DNA of 64,000 nucleotides, taken from Eledone cirrhosa. Lineage: Eukaryota. The notes under the pieces were generated by a model, which made no database searches, had not been told where the DNA came from, and worked only from the letters and a program-made list of their open reading frames with translations. Positions 10,490 to 24,300 of the stretch are shown here, piece by piece (the first letter of the stretch is position 1; every line of letters begins with the position of its first letter). The position numbers were made by a program, and so were the translations under genes. The stretch covers positions 308,326,001 to 308,390,000 of the forward strand of contig OZ024743.1 in assembly GCA_964016885.1 (NCBI GenBank), in the 5' to 3' direction.

Positions 10490-13400
10490 ATCAACTTTTT
10501 TCCTGGAAAGTAGAAAACCTAACTTTAAGCTAAAACCGAACTTTAAAAATAACACTTACCCTAACACTTGCACTCACACATGCTCTAACAGTGAACTTAG
10601 CGCTAACATGAAAACTAACACAAACACTAACACTAAAACTGACACTAACACTAACCTGAACACCAGCACTAAAACTAACACTACCCTAAACACTAATACA
10701 AACACTACCAATGACCTGAACACTTACACTAAAACTAACATTAGCACAAACATTAGCCTGAACACTAGCACTAAAACTAACATAAACACTAACACTAACC
10801 TGAGCACTAACACTAAAAGTAACACAAACACTAATCTGAAAACTGATACTAACAAGAAAACTAAGCTAACATTAACTTCAATACTAAAACAAACACTAAC
10901 GCTAACAGAGATACTAACACAAATATTAACACAAAAACAAACACTAACACAATCTCTAACACTAACTTCAACACTAACACTAAAACTAACATTAACTTGA
11001 ACACTAACTCTAACCTGAACACTAACATAAACACTAATGCTAACATTAACACAAAAACAAAGACTAACGCTAACACAATCACTAACACTAATGGAAACAT
11101 CAAACACTAATGCTAACAGAGATACTAACACAAATATTAACACAAATACTAACACTAACACAATCTCTAACACTAACCTGAACACTTACACTAACACTAA
11201 CAGAGATACTAACACAAATATTAACACAAAAACAAACACAATCTCTAACACTAAAACTAACATTAACACAAAAACAAAGACTAACTCTAACACAATCACT
11301 AACACTAATGGAAACATCAATCACTAATGCTAACAGAGATACTAACACAAATATTAACACAAAAACAAACACTAACACAATCTCTAACACTAACTTCAAC
11401 ACTAACACTAAAACTAACATTAACTTGAACACTAACTCTAACCTGAACACTAACATAAACACTAATGCTAACATTAACACAAAAACAAAGACTAACGCTA
11501 ACACAATCACTAACACTAATGGAAACATCAAACACTAATGCTAACAGAGATACTAACACAAATATTAACACAAATACTAACACTAACACAATCTCTAACA
11601 CTAACCTGAACACTTACACTAACAGAGATACTAACACAAATATTAACACAAAAACAAACACAATCTCTAACACTAAAACTAACATTAACACAAAAACAAA
11701 GACTAACTCTAACACAATCACTAACACTAATGGAAACATCAATCACTAATGCTAACAGAGATACTAACACAAATATTAACACAAAAACAAACACTAACAC
11801 AATCTCTAACACTAACCTTAACACTAAAACTAACATTAACACTTACACTAAAACTAACATTAACCTAAGCACTAGCACTAAAACTAACACTAAAAAAAAA
11901 CACTAACACTACCCTGAACACTAACACTAAAACTAACACGAAAACTGATACTATCCAGAAAACTAAGCTAACATTAACCTCAACACTAAAACAAACACTA
12001 ACATTAACACAAAAACAAATACTAACACTAACACAATCTCTAACACTAACATGAACACTTACACTAAAACTAACAGTAACAGAGATATTAACACAAAAAC
12101 AAACACAATCTCTAACACTAAAACTAACATTAACACAAAAACAAAGACTAACGCTAACACAATCACTAACACTAATGGAAACATCAATCACTAATGCTAA
12201 CAGAGATACTAACACAAATATTAACACAAAAACAAATACTAACGCAATCTCTAACACTAACCTTAACACTAATGCTAACATTAACACTAACACTAACCCG
12301 AACACTTACACTAAAACTAACATTAACCTAAACACTAACACTAAAACTAACACTACCATAAACAGTAACACAAACACTAACACTGATCTGAGCACTAACA
12401 CTAAAACTAAAAAAAACACTAAAACTAACACGAAAACTGATACTAACCAGAAAACTAAGCTAACATTAACCTCAACACTAAAACAAACACTTACATTAAC
12501 AGAAAAACAAAGACTAGCACTAACACTAATGGAAACACTAACACAAACATTAACACAAAATAAAACACTAACACTAATGGAAAAATAACACTAACACTAA
12601 AACTAACACTACCGTAAACACTAACCTGAACACTAACACTAAAACTGACATTAACACGAACATTAACCTGAACACTACCACTAAAACTAACACTACCATA
12701 AACCACTAACCTGAGCACTAACACTAAAAGTAACACGAGCCCTAATCTGAAAACTAACACTAACCAGAAAACTAAGTCAACATTAACCTGAACACTAACA
12801 CAAACACTAACACTAACCTGAACACTAACACTAACAAAAATGCTAACACTAATACAAAATCAAACACGAACACTAATGGAAACACTAACACTAATGCCAA
12901 CGCTGACACTGACGAAGATGGCTCTGCTGGCACAAACGCTAGCGCAAATGTTGACACAATCGCTTACGCTGACACAAACACTAACGTGAATACTGATGCA
13001 GGTGCAAAGGCGAATGCTGACAAAAACTCTGATGCACACGCTGATGTAAATGCTACACAGACTCTAACGCTGACGTGGACACTGACATAAATGCTCACGC
13101 TGATGCAAACACTAAAGCAAATGCAGACACTAATGCAAACACAGACGCAAATGTTGATGCAGATGTTAAAGCAAACGCAAACGATGACAGCGATGCTAAT
13201 GTGAACCTTAACGCAGACGTAAACATTGACGTAGAAGCTAAAGGAAACAGTGATGCAAACACTAATGAAAATGCTGACGCAGACACTAACATACGTTAAC
13301 ACAGATGCTAACGTAAACACTTACGCAGATGCTAATATAAACACTGACGCAGACGCTAACATAAACGCTGACACAGATGCTAACACACGTTGACACAGAC

Positions 13401-15182
13401 GCTAACATAAACGATGACGCAGACGCAAATGTAAACGCTGACTCTGATGTAGATGTAAATACAGACGCTGACGTGGAAGCTACCACAAACGCTGACACAG
13501 ACACTAATGTAAGCGCTGACGTAGAAGCTAATGTAGATACTGACGTACGTAGAAGCTAACGTAAACGATGACGTAGATGTTAACGTAGACGCTGATGTAG
13601 AAGCTAACGTAGATGCTGACGTAGAAGCTAACAAAACGCTGACGTAGTTGTTACGTAGAAGCAGGCGTAGAAGTTAGCGTTTACCCTTACCGCCGAAGCT
13701 GATCTCCAAAACGCAATTGCTGATGCGGATTGCTGAAGCCAAAGCCAAGCTAACGCTGATGCAAATGTTGAGGCAGTTTTGCCGGCGCTGACGTGTATGC
13801 TGACGCTAAGGCTAACGCTAACGCTGACGCAAATGCTGAAGTTAACGCTTACATGGGATATGCAGACACTGCATTGATGCGGACGCCACAGGAAAGGTTA
13901 ATGGAAACGCCAATGCTAACGGAAAACGCTGACGTACACGTTAAGGAAACGCTGACGTAGAAGCTAACGTAAACGCTGACGTAGAAGCTAACATAAACAC
14001 TGACACAGACGCTAACGTAAACACTGACGTTAATTGAAACGCTGACACTGATGTAGATGTAAATACTGACGCTGACACAGACGTGGTCGGAAACGCTGAC
14101 GTAGATGCTAACGGAAATGCTGACGTAGAAGCTAACGTAAACACTGACATAGAAGCTAACGTAAACACTGACATAGAAGCTAACGTAAACACTGACATAG
14201 AAGCTAACGGAAACACTGACATAGAAGCTAACGGAAACACTGACATAGAAGCTAACGTAAACACTGACATAGAAGCTAACGGAAACACTGACATAGAAGC
14301 TAACGGAAACACTGACATAGAAGCTAACGGAAACACTGACATAGAAGCTAACGTAAACACTGACATAGAAGCTAACGTAAACACTGACATAGAAGCTAAC
14401 GGAAACACTGACATAGAAGCTAACGTAAACACTGACATAGAAGCTAACGTAAACACTGACATAGAAGCTAACGTAAACACTGACATAGAAGCTAACGGAA
14501 ATGCTGACGTAGAAGCTAACGGAAACACTGACACAGACGCTAACGGAAATGCTGACAAAGACGTTAAAGGAAACACTGTTGCAAACGCTAATGCTACTGT
14601 GAATGCTGATGCAGATGCTGACGCAAATGCTAACCCCTACACAAATGCAAACACTGATGCTAACACTGACTCAAACACTAATGCAAATGCTGACGTGCAC
14701 GCTGATGCAAACGCTGACACCGAGGGAAAGGCTGACACTGACACAAGTGCTGACGCGGACGCTAATGATAATGCTGACTCAGAAGCTGACGTAGACGTAG
14801 GCACTGAAACAAACACTAATGCTAACACTAATGTTGACTCAGACGCTAAGGGAAATGCTGACACAATCACTATCACCAATGCAGACGCTGACGCAAATGC
14901 TGACACTTACGCAAACACTGAGGCTAATCCAAACACTAACGCAGATGCTAACACCAGTCTACATAGACACTAACACAAAAGCTTACATAGACGCTTATGC
15001 AAATGCTAACGCTGATGCAGACAGTAATGAAAACAGTAACTGTAAGAGTAACAGTTACAGTAACACTAACTGACAGTAATGCTAACAGTAACACCGTCAC
15101 TAACAATAAACTTACCATTAACAGTAAAACTTACCCTAACACTAACCCTAAATCTAACATTAATCCAGAGAAAAAAGTCATT
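10490..15182. repeat. 4.7-kb hexamer-phased degenerate tract, (ACTAAC)n grading into (GCTRAC)n
   Basis: Continuous 6-bp periodicity; internal ~428-bp duplication (ORFs at 11037 and 11465); bounded by IR atcaacttttttcctgg / ccagagaaaaaagtca. Confidence 0.9.
14131..14490 (+). repeat. 15 x 24-bp minisatellite gctaacgKaaacactgacatagaa
   Basis: Reads AN[V/G]NTDIE x15 within ORF 14083-14973. Confidence 0.95.
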
Positions 15183-15339
15183 TGCAATTACATTTAAGGT
15201 CACTCTTTAAGATATAGAAGAAAGGCATTACATTTTAATGATTTTAATTTAAAGAGAATCACGCTATACGATGCAACACAATAACACACCACACCACACC
15301 ACACTAACCTACACTACACCAAACCAGATTATACCATAC

Positions 15340-18300
15340 CTTGGTAAATTTATAATAGGTTTCCATGTTATAACTACTCCAAACTAAACCATACCAAACC
15401 AAACCACACCATAACAAACTACACCATACTTCATCACACCATGCTATTGAACTCAGTTTGAAAAATGTTCTTCCTGCTTTTTTGTCTTTTTGTGTGTGTG
15501 TGCTTACCACCCAATCTGACATTAAAAGTGTTCGCAATTAACTATTTTTTGCACATATTATCAATGAAGACTTTGAAACCTGTTGAAAATGACTAGCTTT
15601 GTAGAAAAAAGAGGGCGGAAAGTGGGTGGAAATACCATTCACAAAGCTTGTCATTTTTGATTGCAGTGAAAGTCATATTTGTTGTTAATATGGTAATGGA
15701 GGCACATGGCTTAGTGGTTAGAGCATTGGCCTTGCAATCGAAAGGTTGTGAGTTCAATTCTCAGACCAGGTGGTGTGTTGTTTCCTTGAGCAAGACACTT
15801 TATTTCACATTGCTCCAGTTTACTCAGCTGTAGAAATGAGATGATAGGGACTGGCGTCCCTATCATTCCACTGCAAAGTGGTCGTGTAGGTGTCATGGCA
15901 AAGACCACCTAGCACTCACTGTAAATGAGGTTGGTCTTAGGAAGGGCATCCAGCTGTAGAAATCAAGCCAGAATCAGTTCCCGTCCCACCCTTGCAAGCA
16001 GGGAAAAGTGGACGTAAAATGGTGATGGTAAAAGCATAGTCGGCTGTGAGCATGTTGGAGGTTGGAAAACCATACCACATTAAACTACATCAAACTACAC
16101 CATACCAAACTACACCATACTACATCACACCATGCTATTAATCTCAGTGAGAACATTTTTCTTCCTGTTTTTTTTCTTTTCTGTGTGTGTGTGTGTGCTT
16201 ACCACCCAATCAGATATCAAAGGTGCTCTCAAATGACTATTTTTTTACACATTATCAATGTATATAACATGGAAACCTATCATTTGCAATAGGTTCCCAT
16301 GTCATAACTACAACAATCCAAACCAGACCACAACAAACAACACCATTCTACATCACACCATGCTTTTGATCCCAGTGTGGAAAATTTTCTTCCTGTTTTT
16401 TTTTTTTTTTTTTTTTTGTGTTCTTACCACCCAATCTGACATGGTGCTGCAATTGACTATTTTTCGCACATATTATCAATAATTATGACATGGAAAACTG
16501 TCGAAAATGACTAGCTTTGTAGAAAAAAGAGGGAGGATGTGGGTGGAAATACCATTTACAAAGCTAGTCATTTTTTATTGCAGCGGAAGTCATATTTTTT
16601 GTTAATATGCTAAAAGCATAGTCCACTGCGAGCATCTTGGAAGTTGATAAATGTGCTCCCAATTGACTATTTTTTTTCCACTTATCAATAATTATGACAT
16701 GGAAACCTGTCGAAAATAACTATCTTTGTAGAAACTTCACCAAACCACACCATACTACATCACACCAAGATATTGATTTTGGTGTGACAAATTTTCATCT
16801 GGCATTTTTTTTTTTTTTTCCGTGCTTACCACCCAATGTGACATGAAAGATGCTTGCAAATTATTATTTTATGCACATATTATCAATGGTTATGACATGG
16901 AAACCTGATGAAAATGACTAGCTTTGTAGAAAAAAGAGGGAGGATGTGGGTGGAAATACCATTTACAAAGCTAGTCATTTTTTATATCAGCGGAAGTCAT
17001 ATTTTTGGTTAATATGCTAAAAGCATAGTCCACTGCGAGCATCTTGGAAGTTGATAACACATGCAAAAATGAAGGAAAAATTTTTTTTCTAACATAAATC
17101 AAAGTGGAAATTTAAATCCTCACTTATAAGAAAGCACACCACAGCACATTAATCTACCCCAATCCACACCATAAATTCACCATAACCATACTTCACTATA
17201 TGGTAAATTTATTACAGAACACCTACTCTTAACATTTACATCACACCATGGTATGGAGATCAATGTGACAAATTTGCTACCTGCTTCTTATTTTTTTTTG
17301 TGGTTACCACCTCAAACTAACATCATAGGTGCTTGCAAATGACTATTTTCCCACACATTATCAATGAATATGACATGGGAATCTATCGTTTACAATTGGT
17401 TTCCATTTCATAACTTCACCAAACCAAACCACACCATACCAAGTTACACCATACTACATCGCACCAAGCTATTGATCTTGGTGTGAAACATTTTCTTCCC
17501 GTTTCCTTTTTTTTTGTCTGTGTGCTTACCACCCAATCTGACATTAAAGGTGCTCCCAATTCACTATTTTTTTCCACTTATCAATAATCATGACATGGAA
17601 ACCTGTCGAAAATTACTATCTTTGTAGAAACTTCACCAAACCACACCATACTACATCACACCAAGATATTGATTTTGGTGTGACAAATTTTCATCTGGCA
17701 TATTTCTTTTTTTTTTTTTTCTTTTTCGTGCTTACCACCCAATTTGACATAAAAGGTGCTCGCAAATTACTATTTTATGCACATATTATCAATGGTTATG
17801 ACATGGAAACCTGATGAAAATGACTAGCTTTGTAGAAAAAAGAGGGAGGATGTGGGTGGAAATACCATTTACAAAGCTAGTCATTTTTTATTGCAGCGGA
17901 AGTCATATTTTTTGTTAATATGCTAAAAGCATAGTCCACTGCGAGCATCTTGGAAGTTGATAACACATGCAAAAATGAATGAAAAATTTTTTTTCTAACA
18001 TTAATCAAAGTGGAAATTTAAATCCTCACTTATAAGAAAGCACACCACAGCACATTAATCTACCCCAATCCACACCATAAATTCACCATAACCATACTTC
18101 ACTATATGGTAAATTTATTATGGAACACCTACTCTTAACATTTACATCACACCATGGTATGGAGATCAATGTGACAAATTTGCTACCTGCTTCTTATTTT
18201 TTTTTGTGGTTACCACCTCAAACTAACATCATAGGTGCTTGCAAATGACTATTTTCCCACGCATTATCAATGAATATGACATGGGAATCTATCGTTTACA

Positions 18301-21300
18301 ATTGGTTTCCATTTCATAACTTCACCACACCATACCAAGTTACACCATACTACATTGCACCAAGCTATTGATCTTGGTATGAAACATTTTCTTCCCGTTT
18401 TCTTTTTTTTTTGTCTGTGTGCTTACCACCCAATCTGACATTAAAGGTGTTGTAATTGACTATTTTTTTCCACTTATCAATAATTATGACATGGAAACCT
18501 GTCGAAAATTACTATCTTTGTAGAAACTTCACCAAACCACACCATACTACATCACACCAAGATATTGATTTTGGTGTGACAAATTTTCATCTGACAAATT
18601 TTTTTTTTTTTTTTTCTTTTTCGTGCTTACCACCCAATTTGACATAAAAGGTGCTCGCAAATTACTATTTTATGCACATATTATCAATGGTTATGACATG
18701 GAAACCTGATGAAAATGACTAGCTTTGTAGAAAAAAGAGGGAGGATGTGGGTGGAAATACCATTTACAAAGCTAGTCATTTTTTATTGCAGCGGAAGTCA
18801 TATTTTTTGTTAATATGCTAAAAGCATAGTCCACTGCGAGCATCTTGGAAGTTGATAACACATGCAAAAATGAAGGAAAAATTTTTTTTCTAACATAAAT
18901 CAAAGTGGAAATTTAAATCCTCACTTATAAGAAAGCACACCACAGCACATTAATCTACCCCCAATCCACACCATAAATTCACCATAACCATACTTCACTA
19001 TATGGTAAATTTATTACGGAACACCTACTCTTAACATTTACATCACACCATGGTATGGAGATCAATGTGACAAATTTGCTACCTGCTTCTTATTTTTTTT
19101 TTGTGGTTACCACCTCAAACTAACATCATAGGTGCTTGCAAATGACTATTTTCCCACACATTATCAATGAATATGACATGGGAATCTATCGTTTACAATT
19201 GGTTTCCATTTCATAACTTAACCAAACCAAACCAAATCACACCATACCAAGTTACACCATACTACATCGCACCAAGCTATTGATCTTGGTGTGAAACATT
19301 TTCTTCCCGTTTCCTTTATTTTTTTTTTTTTTGAGCTCACCACCCAATTTGACATAAAAGGTGCTCGCAAATTACTATTTTATGCACATATTATCAATGG
19401 TTATGACATGGAAACCTGATGAAAATGACTAGCTTTGTAGAAAAAAGAGGGAGGATGTGGGTGGAAATACCATTTACAAAGCTAGTCATTTTTTATTGTA
19501 GTGGAAGTCATATTTTTTGTTAATATGCTAAAAGCATAGTCCACTGCGAGCATCTTGGAAGTTGATAACACATGCAAAAATGAAGGAAAAATTTTTTTTC
19601 TAACATTAATCAAAGTGGAAATTTAAATCCTCACTTATAAGAAAGCACACCACAGCACATTAATCTACCCCAATCCACACCATAAATTCACCATAACCAT
19701 ACTTCACTATATGGTAAATTTATTACGGAACACCTACTCTTAACATTTACATCACACCATGGTATGGAGATCAATGTGACAAATTTGCTACCTGCTTCTT
19801 ATTTTTTTTTGTGGTTACCACCTCAAACTAACATCATAGGTGCTTGCAAATGACTTTTTTCCCACACATTATCAATGAATATGACATGGCAATCTATCGT
19901 TTACAATTGGTTTCCATTTCATAACTTCACCAAACCAAACCACACCATACCAAGTTACACCATACTACATCGCACCAAGCTATTGATCTTGGTGTGAAAC
20001 ATTTTCTTCCCGTTTCCTTTTTTTTGTCTGTGTGCTTACCACCCAATCTGACATTAAAGGTGTTGTAATTGACTATTTTTTTCCACTTATCAATAATTAT
20101 GACATGGAAACCTGTCGAAAATTACTATCTTTGTAGAAACTTCACCAAACCACACCATACTACATCACACCAAGATATTGATTTTGGTGTGACAAATTTT
20201 CATCTGACAAATTTTTTTTTTTTTTTTTCTTTTTCGTGCTTACCACCCAATTTGACATAAAAGGTGCTCGCAAATTACTATTTTATGCACATATTATCAA
20301 TGGTTATGACATGGAAACCTGATGAAAATGACTAGCTTTGTAGAAAAAAGAGGGAGGATGTGGGTGGAAATACCATTTACAAAGCTAGTCATTTTTTATT
20401 GCAGCGGAAGTCATATTTTTTGTTAATATGCTAAAAGCATAGTCCACTGCGAGCATCTTGGAAGTTGATAACACATGCAAAAATGAAGGAAAAATTTTTT
20501 TTCTAACATAAATCAAAGTGGAAATTTAAATCCTCACTTATAAGAAAGCACACCACAGCACATTAATCTACCCCCAATCCACACCATAAATTCACCATAA
20601 CCATACTTCACTATATGGTAAATTTATTACGGAACACCTACTCTTAACATTTACATCACACCATGGTATGGAGATCAATGTGACAAATTTGCTACCTGCT
20701 TCTTATTTTTTTTTTGTGGTTACCACCTCAAACTAACATCATAGGTGCTTGCAAATGACTATTTTCCCACACATTATCAATGAATATGACATGGGAATCT
20801 ATCGTTTACAATTGGTTTCCATTTCATAACTTAACCAAACCAAACCAAATCACACCATACCAAGTTACACCATACTACATCGCACCAAGCTATTGATCTT
20901 GGTGTGAAACATTTTCTTCCCGTTTCCTTTATTTTTTTTTTTTTTGAGCTCACCACCCAATTTGACATAAAAGGTGCTCGCAAATTACTATTTTATGCAC
21001 ATATTATCAATGGTTATGACATGGAAACCTGATGAAAATGACTAGCTTTGTAGAAAAAAGAGGGAGGATGTGGGTGGAAATACCATTTACAAAGCTAGTC
21101 ATTTTTTATTGTAGTGGAAGTCATATTTTTTGTTAATATGCTAAAAGCATAGTCCACTGCGAGCATCTTGGAAGTTGATAACACATGCAAAAATGAAGGA
21201 AAAATTTTTTTTCTAACATTAATCAAAGTGGAAATTTAAATCCTCACTTATAAGAAAGCACACCACAGCACATTAATCTACCCCAATCCACACCATAAAT

Positions 21301-24300
21301 TCACCATAACCATACTTCACTATATGGTAAATTTATTACGGAACACCTACTCTTAACATTTACATCACACCATGGTATGGAGATCAATGTGACAAATTTG
21401 CTACCTGCTTCTTATTTTTTTTTGTGGTTACCACCTCAAACTAACATCATAGGTGCTTGCAAATGACTTTTTTCCCACACATTATCAATGAATATGACAT
21501 GGCAATCTATCGTTTACAATTGGTTTCCATTTCATAACTTCACCAAACCAAACCACACCATACCAAGTTACACCATACTACATCGCACCAAGCTATTGAT
21601 CTTGGTGTGAAACATTTTCTTCCCGTTTCCTTTTTTTTGTCTGTGTGCTTACCACCCAATCTGACATTAAAGGTGGTCCCAATTCACTATTTTTTTCCAC
21701 TTATCAATAATCATGACATGGAAACCTGTCGAAAATTACTATCTTTGTAGAAACTTCACCAAACCACACCATACTACATCACACCAAGATATTGATTTTG
21801 GTGTGACACATTTTCATCTGGCATATTTCTTTTTTTTTTTTTTCTTTTTCGTGCTTACCACCCAATTTGACATAAAAGGTGCTCGCAAATTACTATTTTA
21901 TGCACATATTATCAATGGTTATGACATGGAAACCTGATGAAAATGACTAGCTTTGTAGAAAAAAGAGGGAGGATGTGGGTGGAAATACCATTTACAAAGC
22001 TAGTCATTTTTTATTGCAGCGGAAGTCATATTTTTTGTTAATATGCTAAAAGCATAGTCCACTGCGAGCATCTTGGAAGTTGATAACACATGCAAAAATG
22101 AATGAAAAATTTTTTTTCTAACATTAATCAAAGTGGAAATTTAAATCCTCACTTATAAGAAAGCACACCACAGCACATTAATCTACCCCAATCCACACCA
22201 TAAATTCACAATAACCATACTTCACTATATGGTAAATTTATTATGGAATACCTACTCTTAACATTTACATCACACCATGGTATGGAGATCAATGTGACAA
22301 ATTTGCTACCTGCTTCTTATTTTTTTTTGTGGTTACCACCTCAAACTAACATCATAGGTGCTTGCAAATGACTATTTTCCCACACATTATCAATGAATAT
22401 GACATGGGAATCTATCGTTTACAATTGGTTTCCATTTCATAACTTCACCACACCATACCAAGTTACACCATACTACATTGCACCAAGCTATTGATCTTGG
22501 TGTGAAACATTTTCTTCCGTTTCCTTTTTTTTTTGTCTGTGTGCTTACCACCCAATCTGACATTAAAGGTGTTGTAATTGACTATTTTTTTTCCACTTAT
22601 CAATAATTATGACATGGAAACCTGTCGATAATTACTATCTTTGTAGAAACTTCACCAAACGACACCATACTACATCACACCAAGATATTGATTTTGGTGT
22701 GACAAATTTTCATCTGGCATATTTTTTTTTTTTTTTTATTCTTTTTCGTGCTTACCACCCAATTTGACATAAAAGGTGCTCGCAAATTACTATTTTATGC
22801 ACATATTATCAATGGTTATGACATGGAAACCTGATGAAAATGACTAGCTTTGTAGAAAAAAGAGGGAGGATGTGGGTGGAAATACCATTTACAAAGCTAG
22901 TCATTTTTTATTGCAGCGGAAGTCATATTTTTTGTTAATATGCTAAAAGCATAGTCCACTGCGAGCATCTTGGAAGTTGATAACACATGCAAAAATGAAG
23001 GAAAAATTTTTTTTCTAACATAAATCAAAGTGGAAATTTAAATCCTCACTTATAAGAAAGCACACCACAGCACATTAATCTACCCCAATCCACACCATAA
23101 ATTCACCATAACCATACTTCACTATATGGTAAATTTATTACAGAACACCTACTTTAACATTTACATCACACCATGGTATGGAGATCAATGTGACAAATTT
23201 GCTACCTGCTTCTTATTTTTTTTTGTGGTTACCACCTCAAACTAACATCATAGGTGCTTGCAAATGACTATTTTCCCACACATTATCAATGAATATGACA
23301 TGGGAATCTATCGTTTACAATTGGTTTCCATTTCATAACTTCACCAAACCAAACCACACCATACCAAGTTACACCATACTACATCGCACCAAGCTATTGA
23401 TCTTGGTGTGAAACATTTTCTTCCCGTTTCCTTTTTTTTTGTCTGTGTGCTTACCACCCAATCTGACATTAAAGGTGCTCCCAATTCACTATTTTTTTCC
23501 ACTTATCAATAATCATGACATGGAAACCTGTCGAAAATTACTATCTTTGTAGAAACTTCACCAAACCACACCATACTACATCACACCAAGATATTGATTT
23601 TGGTGTGACAAATTTTCATCTGGCATATTTCTTTTTTTTTTTTTTCTTTTTCGTGCTTACCACCCAATTTGACATAAAAGGTGCTCGCAAATTACTATTT
23701 TATGCACATATTATCAATGGTTATGACATGGAAACCTGATGAAAATGACTAGCTTTGTAGAAAAAAGAGGGAGGATGTGGGTGGAAATACCATTTACAAA
23801 GCTAGTCATTTTTTATTGCAGCGGAAGTCATATTTTTTGTTAATATGCTAAAAGCATAGTCCACTGCGAGCATCTTGGAAGTTGATAACACATGCAAAAA
23901 TGAATGAAAAATTTTTTTTCTAACATTAATCAAAGTGGAAATTTAAATCCTCACTTATAAGAAAGCACACCACAGCACATTAATCTACCCCAATCCACAC
24001 AATAAATTCACAATAACCATACTTCACTATATGGTAAATTTATTATGGAATACCTACTCTTAACATTTACATCACACCATGGTATGGAGATCAATGTGAC
24101 AAATTTGCTACCTGCTTCTTATTTTTTTTTGTGGTTACCATCTCAAACTAACATCATAGGTGCTTGCAAATGACTATTTTCCCACACATTATCAATGAAT
24201 ATGACATGGGAATCTATCGTTTACAATTGGTTTCCATTTCATAACTTCACCACACCATACCAAGTTACACCATACTACATTGCACCAAGCTATTGATCTT

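Noticed and set aside
13640-13940. Apparently more complex coding-like segment inside the hexamer tract
   Set aside because: Dense phase breaks suggest low consensus quality or decay; no reliable product can be read.
10724-14906. Hydrophobic minus-strand ORFs (LVLVF.., LASMSVF..) as membrane proteins
   Set aside because: These are antisense readings of the hexamer tract.
15698-15770. tRNA genes (also ~36820-36880, ~37015-37085, ~61935-61985)
   Set aside because: A/B boxes run into SINE bodies and no intact cloverleaf is present.
17811-17900. CTGATGA followed by a long stem in every satellite monomer, suggesting a satellite hammerhead
   Set aside because: No GAAA follows the stem, there is no stem I/III, and homologous subrepeats read ctgtcga or ctgttga.
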